The notes below the pieces were generated by a model. The model ran no database searches, was not told the DNA's origin, and saw only the letters and a list, made by a program, of their open reading frames with translations. Shown here piece after piece: positions 9,889 through 19,823 of a stretch of 45,859 bases of DNA; the first letter of the stretch is position 1, and the number at the start of each line of letters is the position of its first letter. Source of the DNA: a virus (taxonomy: Duplodnaviria > Caudoviricetes); IMG/VR virus record IMGVR_UViG_3300049165_000082, positions 1 through 45,859 of that record, one strand, 5' to 3'. Both the position numbers and the translations under genes were made by a program.

Positions 9889-10292
9889 AGGCTGATCTGA
9901 TCGACCGGCACTACGACATCGCCGAGGTGCTGGACGGGCGCCGGTCGTGGCGGTGGCTGCGCGTGTTCATCGAGCATCTGCCGTCGGAGTCACACACGAT
10001 GACCGCCCTGCGGAACGAGCTCACCCCGATGCAGCTCGCCGAGCAGGCCGACCGTGGTGAGCCGGAGAAGGGGCGTTGGTCGCAGCAGGAGCAGCTGATC
10101 GCGACGGCGGTGGATGCGATCCGCCGCCTGGAGTGGGTGCTGATCTGCGTCAACACGGAGAAGAAGTCGCAGCGGCCGGATCCGCCTGAGCCGATGCGCC
10201 GGCCGGGTGCGGGGCCGCGGAAGAAGCGGGCGCAACTCACTGAGGGCAGCGCGAACAGGCTGTTTGAGCTGCTGCAAGGGGGCGCCGCATAG
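9843..10292 (+). CDS. Tail assembly chaperone frameshift extension (GT)
   Basis: -1 frame reads VRSTIAIWQAHAEAVEADL...SWRWLRVFIEHLP...PEPMRRPG. Confidence 0.85.
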   Translation, partial: VRSTIAIWQAHAEAVEADLIDRHYDIAEVLDGRRSWRWLRVFIEHLPSESHTMTALRNELTPMQLAEQADRGEPEKGRWSQQEQLIATAVDAIRRLEWVLICVNTEKKSQRPDPPEPMRRPGAGPRKKRAQLTEGSANRLFELLQGGAA

Positions 10293-10313
10293 GGCGCTGG
10301 GAGGAGGCTCCTG

Positions 10314-13300
10314 GTGCCTGCCATCTCCGTTGGCTCCGTCGAGGTCGATGTTCTGCCGAACGCGACTGGTATCCAGTCGCGTCTGCGGGCGGCGCTGGTT
10401 CCTGCGGCGACGACGGTAGGCGACGAGGTCGGCCGGATCATCGGCCGCCAGATCGTCACGCATATCACCCCCGCGGTGCGGGACGGAATCCAGAATGGTG
10501 CGCGGGCTGCCCGGCCTGCGGCGACGCGGGGTGGGGAGCAGGCGGGGGGCGCGTTCGCCCGGTCGCTGCGTGCTCGCCTGGAGGCGGCGTTCCGCAGCAT
10601 GCCCAAGCTGGACGTGCGTCTCAGCGACACGGGCATCGACGCGGACCTCGCCCGACTGCGGGCCCGGCTGGAGACCCTGTCGGGCAAGACGGTCGGCATC
10701 GACATCGACGCGGCGACCGCCCGGGCGGAGGCCGCTGACATTGAGGAGCGGCTGCGCCGGATCGGCGCCGCCCACCCCAACGTTGCGGTGCGCGCCGATA
10801 CTGCGGCGGCGATCGCACAGCTGCAGTTGCTGCAACAGCAGATCGACGATGTGACCCGCGACCCGGCCCGCATCCGGGTGGAGACGGACGGCACGTTCGG
10901 GCAGCGGCTGCGCGCCCAGGTGCAGGCGGCCGAGGCGTCCCTGCCGAACATCAACTTGACGGCGGACTCGTCGCAGGCCGATGTGGAGATTGCCCGGCTG
11001 CGGGCGCAGCTGACGGCGTTGCGGGATGTGCGGATCGGTGTCGACATGGACACCGCCACCGCCACAGCCCGGATCCAGGCGATCGAGGCGCGGCTTCAGG
11101 CGCTGTCCGCGTCGGACGCCGACATTGCTGTCCGTGTGGACGCTGGCGCGGCGGCAGCGCAACTGGCGGGCGTGCAGGCGATGGTGAACCGCCTAGATGG
11201 CCAGACGGCCAGCATCAACGTCCGCGTGAACGGCATGCAGATGCTGATCACGGCGGCGTTGGCGTTCGGGCCGGCGCTTCTGCCGGTGCTTCCGGTGGCG
11301 GCTGCTGGCCTGGGTGCGGTGGCCGCGGCGGCTACGGCCGCGGCCGTGGGCATCGGCGGGATCGCCGCGGTTGCGGTGCCAGCGTTCATGCAGATCGGGA
11401 AGGTTCTGCAGGCGCAGAAGGCAGCCCAGGATGCGGCGACGAACGCCACCCTGAAGGGTGGGCAGGCGTCCGGCCAGGGCGCTCAGAAGGCGCTGCAGAT
11501 GGCGTCTGCCCAGCAGTCTCTCGCGTCGGCGCACCGGAATGCGGCGCGGCAGATCCGGCAGGCCGAGCAGGGCGTGAGCGATGCCGCGCGGAACGCCGCC
11601 GAGGCGAACGAGCGGGCCGCGCAGCAGGTGCGGCAGGCCAAGCAGGGTGTCGCGGATGCGGTGCAGCAGGCCGCGGATCGGCAAAGGTCGGCGGCTGAGC
11701 AGATCCGTAGCGCGGAGGAGTCCCTCGCCGACGCGCAGCGGTCTGCCCGGCAGGCGCAGGAGGATCTCACTCAGGCCCGTGCTGATGCGGCCCGGCAGCT
11801 TGAGGATCTGGAGTCACGGCTGGCGAACGCGTCGCTGTCGGAGCGGGACGCCGTGCTCGGGGTGGAGGAGGCCCGTAACCGGCTGCGGAAGGTGCAGGCG
11901 GCAGGCTCTCAGGTGTCGCTGTTGGAGCAGCAGCGCGCCCAGCTCGCCTACGACCAGGCTGTGCAGCGGCTTGAGGATCAGCGGGCCGAGACCAAAGAAC
12001 TGGCCGCGGAGAAGAAGGAGGCCGACAAGGCCGGTGTCGAGGGCTCTGACCTGGTTTTGGATGCGCAGGAGCGTCTGCGTGAGGCGGAGCAGGGCGTCGC
12101 CAAGGGACAGCAGCAGTTGGCGAAGGCCCGTGAGGACGCTGCCCGTCAGGCGGTCCAGTCGCAGCAGGACATCGCCGAGGCGCAGCAGAAGGTCGCTGAG
12201 GCGCAGCGGAACGTTACGCGCACGCAGGAGGACGGCGCCCGCTCGGTAGCCCGCGCGCAGGAGCAGCTTGCTGCGGCTCAGCAGTCGGCTGCGGATTCGA
12301 TCGCCTCGGCCCAGCGGCAGATTGCCTCCGCGTCGCTCTCAGCGGCGGGGGGCGTTGATCAGGCTGCCATCGCACAGGCCAAGTACCAGGCTGAACTGGC
12401 GAAACTGACCCCGTCGGCGCGAGCGACGATGAACGCATTCGTCGCGTTGAAAGACGCGTTCGGCGCCTGGTCGAAGTCGCTTCAGCCAGCCGTCATGCCG
12501 ATCTTCACGCGTGCGCTGGACGGCATGCGGCGCGCCCTGCCGGGCCTGACGCCGTTCGTGCTGGAGGCGGCGGACGCCATCAAGGGCCTGCAGGACAGGG
12601 CCTCGCGCGGGTTCAAGTCGCCGTGGTGGAAGGAGTTCAAGAGCGACCTTCAGGGCTCGATCAAGCCCGCCATCACCGGGCTCGGCGTGTCCTTCGGCCG
12701 CGTATTCAAGGGCATGGCCGGCGTCATGCAGGCCTTCTTCCCGCACATGGACTCCATCTCGGAGCGCATGCAGACGATCACTGGGAGGTTCGCGAACTGG
12801 GGCAGCAGCCTGAAGGGCAGCCCGGAGTTCGAGCGATTCCTGTCGTACAGCTCGGAGATGGCGCCGCTGCTTGCCGATACGTTCGGCAGGCTCGGCACTG
12901 CGCTGATGGATATTGGGCAGGCGCTGAAGCCGGTGTCGAAGCCGCTTCTTGAGCTGCTCGGGGCTTTCGCTCAGGGGCTGAGCCATATCGCCCGGTACCT
13001 GCCTGAAGTTGTGGTGGGCCTGTGGGGGCTGCTCGTCGTCACTCGCCTGTGGCGCATAGCCCTGTGGATGGCGAGCGGCGCAATGGCAGCCTTCAACTTG
13101 ATCAGCATGGCTGGCCCGTGGGGCTGGATCGCTCTCGCGATCGCTGGTGTCGTTGTGGCGGTCGTCTACCTGTACCGCCGCTTCGCTTGGTTCCGCACTG
13201 CAGTGCAGGCCGTCTGGTCGGCGATCCAGATAGGCGCGATGTGGCTATGGAACAACGCGCTGAAGCCGGCGTTCACCGCCATCTGGGGCGGCTTGCAGAC

Positions 13301-15194
13301 CGTCGGCCGCTGGGCGATGTGGTTGTGGAACAACGTGATCAGACCTGCGTTCGATGGGATCGTTTTCAGCGGGAAGATCCTGCTGACGGCGCTGGTGACG
13401 CTCGTGCTGCTGCCGATCGTGGCTGCGATCAAGATTGTTGGCGCGATCGCAGGCTGGCTGTGGTCGACGGCGATCAAACCGGCGTTCGAGGCGATCGGCG
13501 CCCTGGCCATGTGGCTGTGGACGACCGCGTTCAAGCCCTCGTTCCAGTGGATCGGCGACAAGGCGAAGTGGCTGTGGAATGCCGCGATCAAGCCCGCCTG
13601 GAACGGCATCGTGGCTGGTGCCAAGTGGATGTGGGAGAACGCGCTCCGGCCGATCTTCCGCTCCATCTGGCAGGGCATGCAGGAGGTCGGCCGCTGGGGT
13701 AAATGGCTGTGGCAGAACGCCATCAAACCGGCCTGGAACGGCATCGTCGCCGCAGGCAAGTACGCGTGGGATAAGGGCATCAAGCCCGTCTTCGACCGCT
13801 TCAAGGAAATCGTCAAGAGCCTGAAGGGCGCCTTCGACCGGGCCGTCGCAGCCATCCGGATCGCCTGGGACAAGGTCAAGAACGTCGCGAAGAAGCCAGT
13901 CCAGTTCATCGTCGACACCGTCTACAACGGCGGCATCGTCAAGGTGTGGAACAAGGTCGCCAAGGCGTTCGGCGCCCCTCCGCTCGATCCGGTGAAGTTC
14001 GCTTCCGGTGGCATCATGCCCGGCTACACCCCGGGCCGGGATGTGCATCGTTTCGTATCCCCGACCGGCGGCCGGCTGGAGCTGTCCGGGGGCGAGGCCA
14101 TCATGCGGCCAGAGTTCACCCGCGCGGTCGGCTCCGGCTTTGTCGGCACCATGAACAGCGTCGCGAAGTCGCACGGTGCTCAGGGCGTGAAGGCCGCGCT
14201 GGCTCCGATCCTCGGCGGCAACCCAGCCACGTCGACTGACCGGTCGCTGCGCTACTCGGGCGGCGGCACCTACCCGGTGCAGTCGTTCGCGGATGGCGGG
14301 ATCTTCGGCTGGATCAAGTCGAAGGCGGCTGCTGCGTTCGGCGCCGGATCGGCGGCCTGGAACCGCATCAAGGAGGGCGCGTCGTGGCTGAAGGACAGCC
14401 TTGAGGGGTCAGCTCGGGCCGGCGTGAAGAACGTCGTCGACCCGCTGCTGCGGAACTTCCCCGGCGCCGACACCGGCTTCGGGAAGATGATCCGCCGCAT
14501 CCCGACACGGATCATCGACGCCCTGTTCGGCTACAGCAAGGAAGCCGACAAGCGCGGCGCCGGGGGTATCGGCGGGCCTCGCATCCAGAAGGCGCTGAAC
14601 TGGGCAAAGACCCAGAACGGCAAGCCGTACCAGTGGGGCGGCAACGGCAACCCCTCCTGGGACTGCTCCGGTTTCATGTCCGCCATCGAGTCCGTCATCC
14701 GAGGGCAGAAGCCGCACCGCAGGTGGAGCACGCACGCCTTCAAGGGCGGCACCCCGCCCGGCTGGGTCAAGAACGGCCAGTCCGCGTTCCGAGTCGGCAT
14801 CACTCACGCCGGTGTCGGTCACACCGCGGGCACAGTCGGCAAGACCGACGTCGAATCCCGCGGCGGTGACGGCGTGGTCGTGGGCTCGCGGGCCCGCGGC
14901 TACAACGACCGCCTGTTCACGTCGTGGTACGGGTTCCAGCCCGGCAAGTACGACTCGGGCGGCTACCTCCAGCCCGGCATGAACCTGGCGTTCAACGGGA
15001 CCGGACGGCCGGAGCCGGTGTTCACGACGGCGCAGGCCAACGCGCTGACCTCGCTGGCTGCACGTTCGGCACAGCAGCAGCTGGGCGACTTGCAGGTGTC
15101 GGTGTACGTCGGCGATCAGCAGATCACCGACATCGCCCGCGCGGAGGTCCGCACAGCGCAGGGCGAACTCATCCAGGTGTTGAACGCGAGCTGA
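10314..15194 (+). CDS. Tape measure protein with C-terminal NlpC/P60-like peptidoglycan hydrolase domain
   Basis: 1626 aa, Ala/Gln coiled coil, Trp-periodic repeats; PYQWGG...WDCSGF...GHT catalytic-like motif. Confidence 0.95.
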   Translation: MPAISVGSVEVDVLPNATGIQSRLRAALVPAATTVGDEVGRIIGRQIVTHITPAVRDGIQNGARAARPAATRGGEQAGGAFARSLRARLEAAFRSMPKLDVRLSDTGIDADLARLRARLETLSGKTVGIDIDAATARAEAADIEERLRRIGAAHPNVAVRADTAAAIAQLQLLQQQIDDVTRDPARIRVETDGTFGQRLRAQVQAAEASLPNINLTADSSQADVEIARLRAQLTALRDVRIGVDMDTATATARIQAIEARLQALSASDADIAVRVDAGAAAAQLAGVQAMVNRLDGQTASINVRVNGMQMLITAALAFGPALLPVLPVAAAGLGAVAAAATAAAVGIGGIAAVAVPAFMQIGKVLQAQKAAQDAATNATLKGGQASGQGAQKALQMASAQQSLASAHRNAARQIRQAEQGVSDAARNAAEANERAAQQVRQAKQGVADAVQQAADRQRSAAEQIRSAEESLADAQRSARQAQEDLTQARADAARQLEDLESRLANASLSERDAVLGVEEARNRLRKVQAAGSQVSLLEQQRAQLAYDQAVQRLEDQRAETKELAAEKKEADKAGVEGSDLVLDAQERLREAEQGVAKGQQQLAKAREDAARQAVQSQQDIAEAQQKVAEAQRNVTRTQEDGARSVARAQEQLAAAQQSAADSIASAQRQIASASLSAAGGVDQAAIAQAKYQAELAKLTPSARATMNAFVALKDAFGAWSKSLQPAVMPIFTRALDGMRRALPGLTPFVLEAADAIKGLQDRASRGFKSPWWKEFKSDLQGSIKPAITGLGVSFGRVFKGMAGVMQAFFPHMDSISERMQTITGRFANWGSSLKGSPEFERFLSYSSEMAPLLADTFGRLGTALMDIGQALKPVSKPLLELLGAFAQGLSHIARYLPEVVVGLWGLLVVTRLWRIALWMASGAMAAFNLISMAGPWGWIALAIAGVVVAVVYLYRRFAWFRTAVQAVWSAIQIGAMWLWNNALKPAFTAIWGGLQTVGRWAMWLWNNVIRPAFDGIVFSGKILLTALVTLVLLPIVAAIKIVGAIAGWLWSTAIKPAFEAIGALAMWLWTTAFKPSFQWIGDKAKWLWNAAIKPAWNGIVAGAKWMWENALRPIFRSIWQGMQEVGRWGKWLWQNAIKPAWNGIVAAGKYAWDKGIKPVFDRFKEIVKSLKGAFDRAVAAIRIAWDKVKNVAKKPVQFIVDTVYNGGIVKVWNKVAKAFGAPPLDPVKFASGGIMPGYTPGRDVHRFVSPTGGRLELSGGEAIMRPEFTRAVGSGFVGTMNSVAKSHGAQGVKAALAPILGGNPATSTDRSLRYSGGGTYPVQSFADGGIFGWIKSKAAAAFGAGSAAWNRIKEGASWLKDSLEGSARAGVKNVVDPLLRNFPGADTGFGKMIRRIPTRIIDALFGYSKEADKRGAGGIGGPRIQKALNWAKTQNGKPYQWGGNGNPSWDCSGFMSAIESVIRGQKPHRRWSTHAFKGGTPPGWVKNGQSAFRVGITHAGVGHTAGTVGKTDVESRGGDGVVVGSRARGYNDRLFTSWYGFQPGKYDSGGYLQPGMNLAFNGTGRPEPVFTTAQANALTSLAARSAQQQLGDLQVSVYVGDQQITDIARAEVRTAQGELIQVLNAS

Positions 15195-15207
15195 GAGGGG
15201 GCCTCCC

Positions 15208-17439
15208 TTGCCGATCCCCGGGAACCTCCTCTCGGCCACAACCGAGACCATCGACCCGAACACCTCGGGCTGGATCAGCAAACTCAACTGCACGATCACC
15301 ATGGGAGTGGGTGGCCGCACCGGCGGGGGCGGCTGCCTGGCCGTGCGGTCGGTGGCCGCGGGGGAGATGCAGGCCCGCACCGTCTCCTCCTACCCGATCA
15401 CCGCCGGGACGACGTACTACGCGTTCGCCGACACCGCAGGGGCCGTTCCCGAGCGGATCGGCATCCGGTGGATGGCTGGCGCGACGGAGCTGTCCGTCAC
15501 CTGGTCGCTCACCACAATGGCCGCCTCGGTGAACTGGCACCGCGTCTCCGTCGCAGGCCCGGCGCCGGCCGGGGCGACGCAGGCGCAGGTGCTGCTGTCG
15601 AGCACGGAGACCGGGGCATCGGCCCACCACTTCTGGGAGAACATCTACCTCGGCGAACCGATCCGCACGTTGGGCAACCTGCTGCCCTTCAACACGGAGA
15701 GCACGGAGATCGACGCGTCCGGCTGGACGCCCGTGGTCAACGCCACCATCTCCCGGCAGGTCCCGGTGGTGAACTGGGCGGTCAACAATTACTTGGCTGG
15801 CGGCCAGACCCTGGCGATGACTGCGGTCGCCGCGGGCAATGCCAGCATCCTGGCGGTGGACCGGCCGACCGTCACCCCAGGCCAGGAGTACCTGGCCTAC
15901 GCCTATCTGCAGCCACCCACCGTCGCATCCACGGCGTGGATCGAGCTGCGCTACTACGACGCCAACGGCAACCAGATCCAAGCCACACGAAGCGTGCTTG
16001 CGCCGCCGACGCCGGCGACCGGCATGTACCGGCAGCGCGTCTCCGACACGGCGCCCGCGAACGCTGCGACAGGCTCGCTCGCCGCGGGCCTGGACGGCGC
16101 CTCGGCGGGGCAGGTGCTGCGGCTGGAGACCATCGTCATCACCGCCGCGCCGTCCATGCAGGCCGGAACCGTCGTGCCCTACGCCGACGGATCGTTCGAG
16201 CAGGGCGTCGCCGGATGGACGGTCACGTCCGGTGTGGCGACGCTCGGCCGGACCAGCCCATGGGGCTACTCCTACTTCGAGGGCGCCTACTCGCTGGCTG
16301 TCACCTCGTCGACCGCCACCGCATCGACGATCCGGTCGGCGCGGTTTCCCGTGGTCGAAGGCGTGAACTGGCGGGCGCAGATTATCGTCCACCCCGACGC
16401 CGGCACGTGGACGTCAGTGGTCGTGCGGGTCCGCTGGTACGACGCCACCAACACCGACATTGGCGCCAGCGGCGGCGTCCTTTACGGCGTTCCCGGCTCC
16501 TCCTGGTACGCGATGTCGTCCGACAGCACGGCACCGGCTGGGGCAACTCAGGCGGCGATCGAGCTGGTTGTCACCGCCGCCACCACGGCCGGCGTCCTGC
16601 ACGTCGACCAAGTCGTGCTGTGGGAGGTGCTGCCGCGGACAGCGGTCACCGTCGACTCCGACCGCGGGTACGCCACGCTGACGCTGCGCGAACTGCCCCT
16701 CGACTACACGATCACCGTGCACCGCGTCGCCGCGGACGGCTCCCGCACCCTCGTGCGCGGCCCGGCTGGTCTCATCGACCGGCAGCCCATCACCTCGGAT
16801 CTGCTCGTCATCGAGGACCACGAGGCGCCGTTTGGGGTGCAGTACTACTACGCGATTACGGTCTACAACTCCAGCGGCGCCGTGTACTTCACCCGCTCCT
16901 CGGGCACCGTCACGCTGGACCTGGCCGACATCAACGAGGCGTGGCTGAAGGACCCCGCGAATCCGCAGCGGAACCTTCGGGTGCTGGTCAAGCAGCCGCC
17001 TGACTGGAGCGAGCCGATCGAGCAGGCGGTCTACAGGGTCCGAGGCAGGCGAAACGCCGTCATCCTGAGCGGCATCCGCGGTGGCCCGGAGGGAGATCTC
17101 GTCGTCTGGACGCGCTCCGACGAAGAGAGGAAGGCTCTGGGACTTCTCCTGAGTTCCGGCAACACCTTGCTGTGGCAGGTCGCTCCTGGCATGGGCGAGG
17201 ACGACATCTACGTCAAGGTCGGGCCGGTAGGTCGTGCGCGCGTCAGTCCGCGCGCGCAAGAGCAGTGGCGGGCCTGGACGCTGCCGCTCGTCCAGCAGGA
17301 CATGCCCACGACGGTCGGCGTCAACGGCGCCACGGGCCGCACCTGGCAGGACGTCCTCACCGAGTTCGCCACTTGGCAGGACGTCCTCACCGAGTTCGCC
17401 ACTTGGGAGGACGTGTTCCTCGACCGCAGAACGGGGTGA
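15208..17439 (+). CDS. Minor tail protein (distal-tail-like) with repeated carbohydrate-binding-module-like domains
   Basis: Follows the tape measure gene; three similar ~150-aa modules (SGW/AGW...IRW/RYYDA/RWYDA...APAGATQA); TTG start. Confidence 0.75.
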   Translation: MPIPGNLLSATTETIDPNTSGWISKLNCTITMGVGGRTGGGGCLAVRSVAAGEMQARTVSSYPITAGTTYYAFADTAGAVPERIGIRWMAGATELSVTWSLTTMAASVNWHRVSVAGPAPAGATQAQVLLSSTETGASAHHFWENIYLGEPIRTLGNLLPFNTESTEIDASGWTPVVNATISRQVPVVNWAVNNYLAGGQTLAMTAVAAGNASILAVDRPTVTPGQEYLAYAYLQPPTVASTAWIELRYYDANGNQIQATRSVLAPPTPATGMYRQRVSDTAPANAATGSLAAGLDGASAGQVLRLETIVITAAPSMQAGTVVPYADGSFEQGVAGWTVTSGVATLGRTSPWGYSYFEGAYSLAVTSSTATASTIRSARFPVVEGVNWRAQIIVHPDAGTWTSVVVRVRWYDATNTDIGASGGVLYGVPGSSWYAMSSDSTAPAGATQAAIELVVTAATTAGVLHVDQVVLWEVLPRTAVTVDSDRGYATLTLRELPLDYTITVHRVAADGSRTLVRGPAGLIDRQPITSDLLVIEDHEAPFGVQYYYAITVYNSSGAVYFTRSSGTVTLDLADINEAWLKDPANPQRNLRVLVKQPPDWSEPIEQAVYRVRGRRNAVILSGIRGGPEGDLVVWTRSDEERKALGLLLSSGNTLLWQVAPGMGEDDIYVKVGPVGRARVSPRAQEQWRAWTLPLVQQDMPTTVGVNGATGRTWQDVLTEFATWQDVLTEFATWEDVFLDRRTG
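17341..17415 (+). repeat. 30-bp in-frame tandem repeat (TWQDVLTEFA x2.5)
   Basis: acctggcaggacgtcctcaccgagttcgcc / acttggcaggacgtcctcaccgagttcgcc / acttgggaggacgtg. Confidence 0.9.
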
Positions 17440-17442
17440 TCG

Positions 17443-18534
17443 ATGTACCCCGTCTCGGATCGGTTCCTCAAGACGCTCGCCGAGTCGCACCGGCCGGCCA
17501 CCCGGGTACAGATGTTCCTCACTACGGGCGGGGTCGTCGACCTTGAGCACACGGGCGGCAGCGTCACCGTCGATCGGGCGCAGGCCATTCGACGCACCTG
17601 CTCGGTCACGGTCGCCGATCCGGCGTTGATCCCGCGCACCCCCACGGACCAGCTCGCCACCTACGGGGCGCGGCTGCGGATCTCCCGCGGCATCGACTAC
17701 GGCGACGGCACGAGCGAGCTGGTGCCGCTCGGGGTGTTCCGGCTTGACTCGGTGGATGGCGACGTGTCCGAGGGGCCGGTGACGCTGCAGGGTAAAGACC
17801 TGTCGGTGATCGTCGCGGACGACAAGTTCGTCGAGCCGTACAAGGCGACCGGCACCGTCGTCGGAGCGGTCACCGCGCTCATCCAGCGCAGCATCCCCGA
17901 TGCGGACGTCATCAGCCTCGTCACCGACACCCCCATCGGCAGCAGAGTCTTCGACATCGAGGCTGATCCGTGGGCCGGCGCGCAGGAGATCGCAGCCGCC
18001 GCCGGGGCCGAGGTCTACCCCAACGCCGACGGTGTGTTCGTTATCGCTGCTCTTCCGGATCTGCTGATCACGCCTCCGGTGTGGGCGATCGAGGCGACCG
18101 AGGGCGGCGTCTACATCTCCGCCAACCGGGCCATGACCTCCGACAACGTGCACAACGGCGTCTTGGCGCGGGGGGAGAACGCGTCGGAGAACATTCCGCC
18201 GGTCTCCTACCTAGCTGTCGACGATGACCCGACCTCCCGGACCTACTGGGGTGGCCCTTACGGGCGCAGGCCCAAGTTCATCTCCTCCAGCGCCTACACC
18301 ACGGTCAACGCATGCGCGCAGGCCGCGAACGCGGAGCTTGCCAAGGCCAAGGCGCCGAACGCGTCCGGCGACATCTCCAGCCTGCCGAACCCTGCGCTTG
18401 AGACCGGGGACGTGCTGCGGGTGACCCATGAGGACGGCAGCCGTGAACTCCACCAGGCCGCTGCCTTCACCGTCCCTCTGAGCGAAGACGGCGATTTCCC
18501 CATCTCGACGATCTCGGCGAAGGAGGACGCGTGA
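17443..18534 (+). CDS. Minor tail protein / baseplate hub (DUF5047-like)
   Basis: GGSVTVD...IRRTCSVT, LVPLGVFRL, PNPALETGDV motifs. Confidence 0.8.
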   Translation: MYPVSDRFLKTLAESHRPATRVQMFLTTGGVVDLEHTGGSVTVDRAQAIRRTCSVTVADPALIPRTPTDQLATYGARLRISRGIDYGDGTSELVPLGVFRLDSVDGDVSEGPVTLQGKDLSVIVADDKFVEPYKATGTVVGAVTALIQRSIPDADVISLVTDTPIGSRVFDIEADPWAGAQEIAAAAGAEVYPNADGVFVIAALPDLLITPPVWAIEATEGGVYISANRAMTSDNVHNGVLARGENASENIPPVSYLAVDDDPTSRTYWGGPYGRRPKFISSSAYTTVNACAQAANAELAKAKAPNASGDISSLPNPALETGDVLRVTHEDGSRELHQAAAFTVPLSEDGDFPISTISAKEDA

Positions 18535-19133
18535 GCAAGCCCGCATCGAGCATGCACCGCGACCTGAGCGCCGCGATCTCCCGCAAAGCGCAGCGCGTCG
18601 GCGAACGCGCCCCGTCGGTACGCGGCTCCGACTGGCGCCTCGCCGTCGTCACCGCCGAGAACGGTAACGGCACCGTCGACGCCGACGGCATCGAAGACAT
18701 CCGCTGCATGGAGTCCTACACGCTGCCGACCGTCGGCGACGTCATCGTCATCACCCAGTCCAGCAGCGGCAACTGGATCGCCCTCGGCCGCACCACCACG
18801 ACCGACCCTGACTGGACCCCGCTCACCCTGGCCTCCGGCTACACCAACCCTGGCCACGGCTACACAGCGAGCTACCTGCGCGAAGGCCGCCGCATCTGGA
18901 TGCGCGGACGCATCGGACCCACCTCGGGCACCATCGCCGACGGCGCCACCCTCGCCACCATCCCGACCGCCATCCGCCCAGGCGTCGCTGCGGCATGGGC
19001 AGTCGCCCGCGACGCCGGGACGATGCCGTCCGTGTGCCGCCTGGAAATCACCGCGGCCGGTGCGCTGCGCACCTTCCAGTCCACCAACCTGCCGACGTGG
19101 GTGTCCCTCGACGGCATCAGCTACACCATCTAG
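18531..19133 (+). CDS. Minor tail protein
   Basis: OB-like N-terminus (YTLPTVGDV) plus a WTPLTLASGY...IPTAIRP...VSLDGISY fibre-tip-like domain. Confidence 0.7.
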   Translation: MSKPASSMHRDLSAAISRKAQRVGERAPSVRGSDWRLAVVTAENGNGTVDADGIEDIRCMESYTLPTVGDVIVITQSSSGNWIALGRTTTTDPDWTPLTLASGYTNPGHGYTASYLREGRRIWMRGRIGPTSGTIADGATLATIPTAIRPGVAAAWAVARDAGTMPSVCRLEITAAGALRTFQSTNLPTWVSLDGISYTI

Positions 19134-19142
19134 GAGGGGCGC

Positions 19143-19763
19143 GTGCCCACACCAGACGACTATGGGCAGGGCATCAACATCGCCTCCCTCACCGACGCCC
19201 CCGACGCATCGAAGCTGGCCCGGGATATCGCCAACGCGATCGCCCCACGCTCCGTCATGCGGTTCGCGTCCGCCTCTACCCGGGGTGCGACTTTGGTCGA
19301 CGCCTCTGCCCCGGTAGAGGGCATGCTGTCGTGGCTGCGGGACGTCAACCGGCTCGACCTGTACGACGGTTCGGCGTGGGTTGCTGTGTCTGTGGGCCAG
19401 TCCACATGGAAGACGATCACTCCGGCGTCGCCGTGGACGCAGAACGGCAACAACAACGGCACGTTCCAGTACCGCATCCTCAACATCAGCGGCGAGGAGA
19501 GCCTTCAGTTCCGTGGCGCCCTCGGCCGGTCCTCGTACCCGACGTCGCCCGCAGGAGCCTACGTCGTCAACAACAGCGCGCTGCCGAGCGCCGCGCGGCC
19601 GTCGACGCTGCGCACCGTGCTCATGCCCTGCTCGGACGTGAGCAGTGACCGCATCGCGTTGAAGGTGGACGTCCGGACGGACGGCTACCTCGAGGTGTTC
19701 GGTTTCGGTTCCACCGTCAAACCGCCGTGGATCGGCTTCAACGGCGTCACCGTCAGCCTGTAG
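19143..19763 (+). CDS. Minor tail protein (possible receptor binding)
   Basis: VMRFASASTR, PVEGMLSWL, LPSAARP, WIGFNGV; C-terminal domain resembles that of the preceding gene. Confidence 0.7.
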   Translation: MPTPDDYGQGINIASLTDAPDASKLARDIANAIAPRSVMRFASASTRGATLVDASAPVEGMLSWLRDVNRLDLYDGSAWVAVSVGQSTWKTITPASPWTQNGNNNGTFQYRILNISGEESLQFRGALGRSSYPTSPAGAYVVNNSALPSAARPSTLRTVLMPCSDVSSDRIALKVDVRTDGYLEVFGFGSTVKPPWIGFNGVTVSL

Positions 19764-19781
19764 CCGACCGCCTCAACCCGC

Positions 19782-19802
19782 GCCCCAGATCGGGGCCTTT
19801 TT
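19782..19802 (+). terminator. Short intrinsic terminator before the lysis cassette
   Basis: GCCCC-agatc-GGGGC followed by CTTTTT. Confidence 0.5.
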
Positions 19803-19823
19803 CATGCCCGAAAGGGGCCCACC

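Noticed and set aside
13150-13960. Nucleotide repeats within the tape measure gene
   Set aside because: Ordinary Trp-periodic tape-measure repeats.
17341-17415. 30-bp repeats as a possible mini-CRISPR or DGR repeat
   Set aside because: Contiguous and in-frame with no spacers; no cas or reverse transcriptase gene in the window.
331-18153. Many long minus-strand ORFs over the structural genes (e.g. 331-1701, 2328-3779, 16414-18153)
   Set aside because: Shadow frames of high-GC coding sequence; Arg/Pro/Gly-rich, no motifs, antisense to clear genes.
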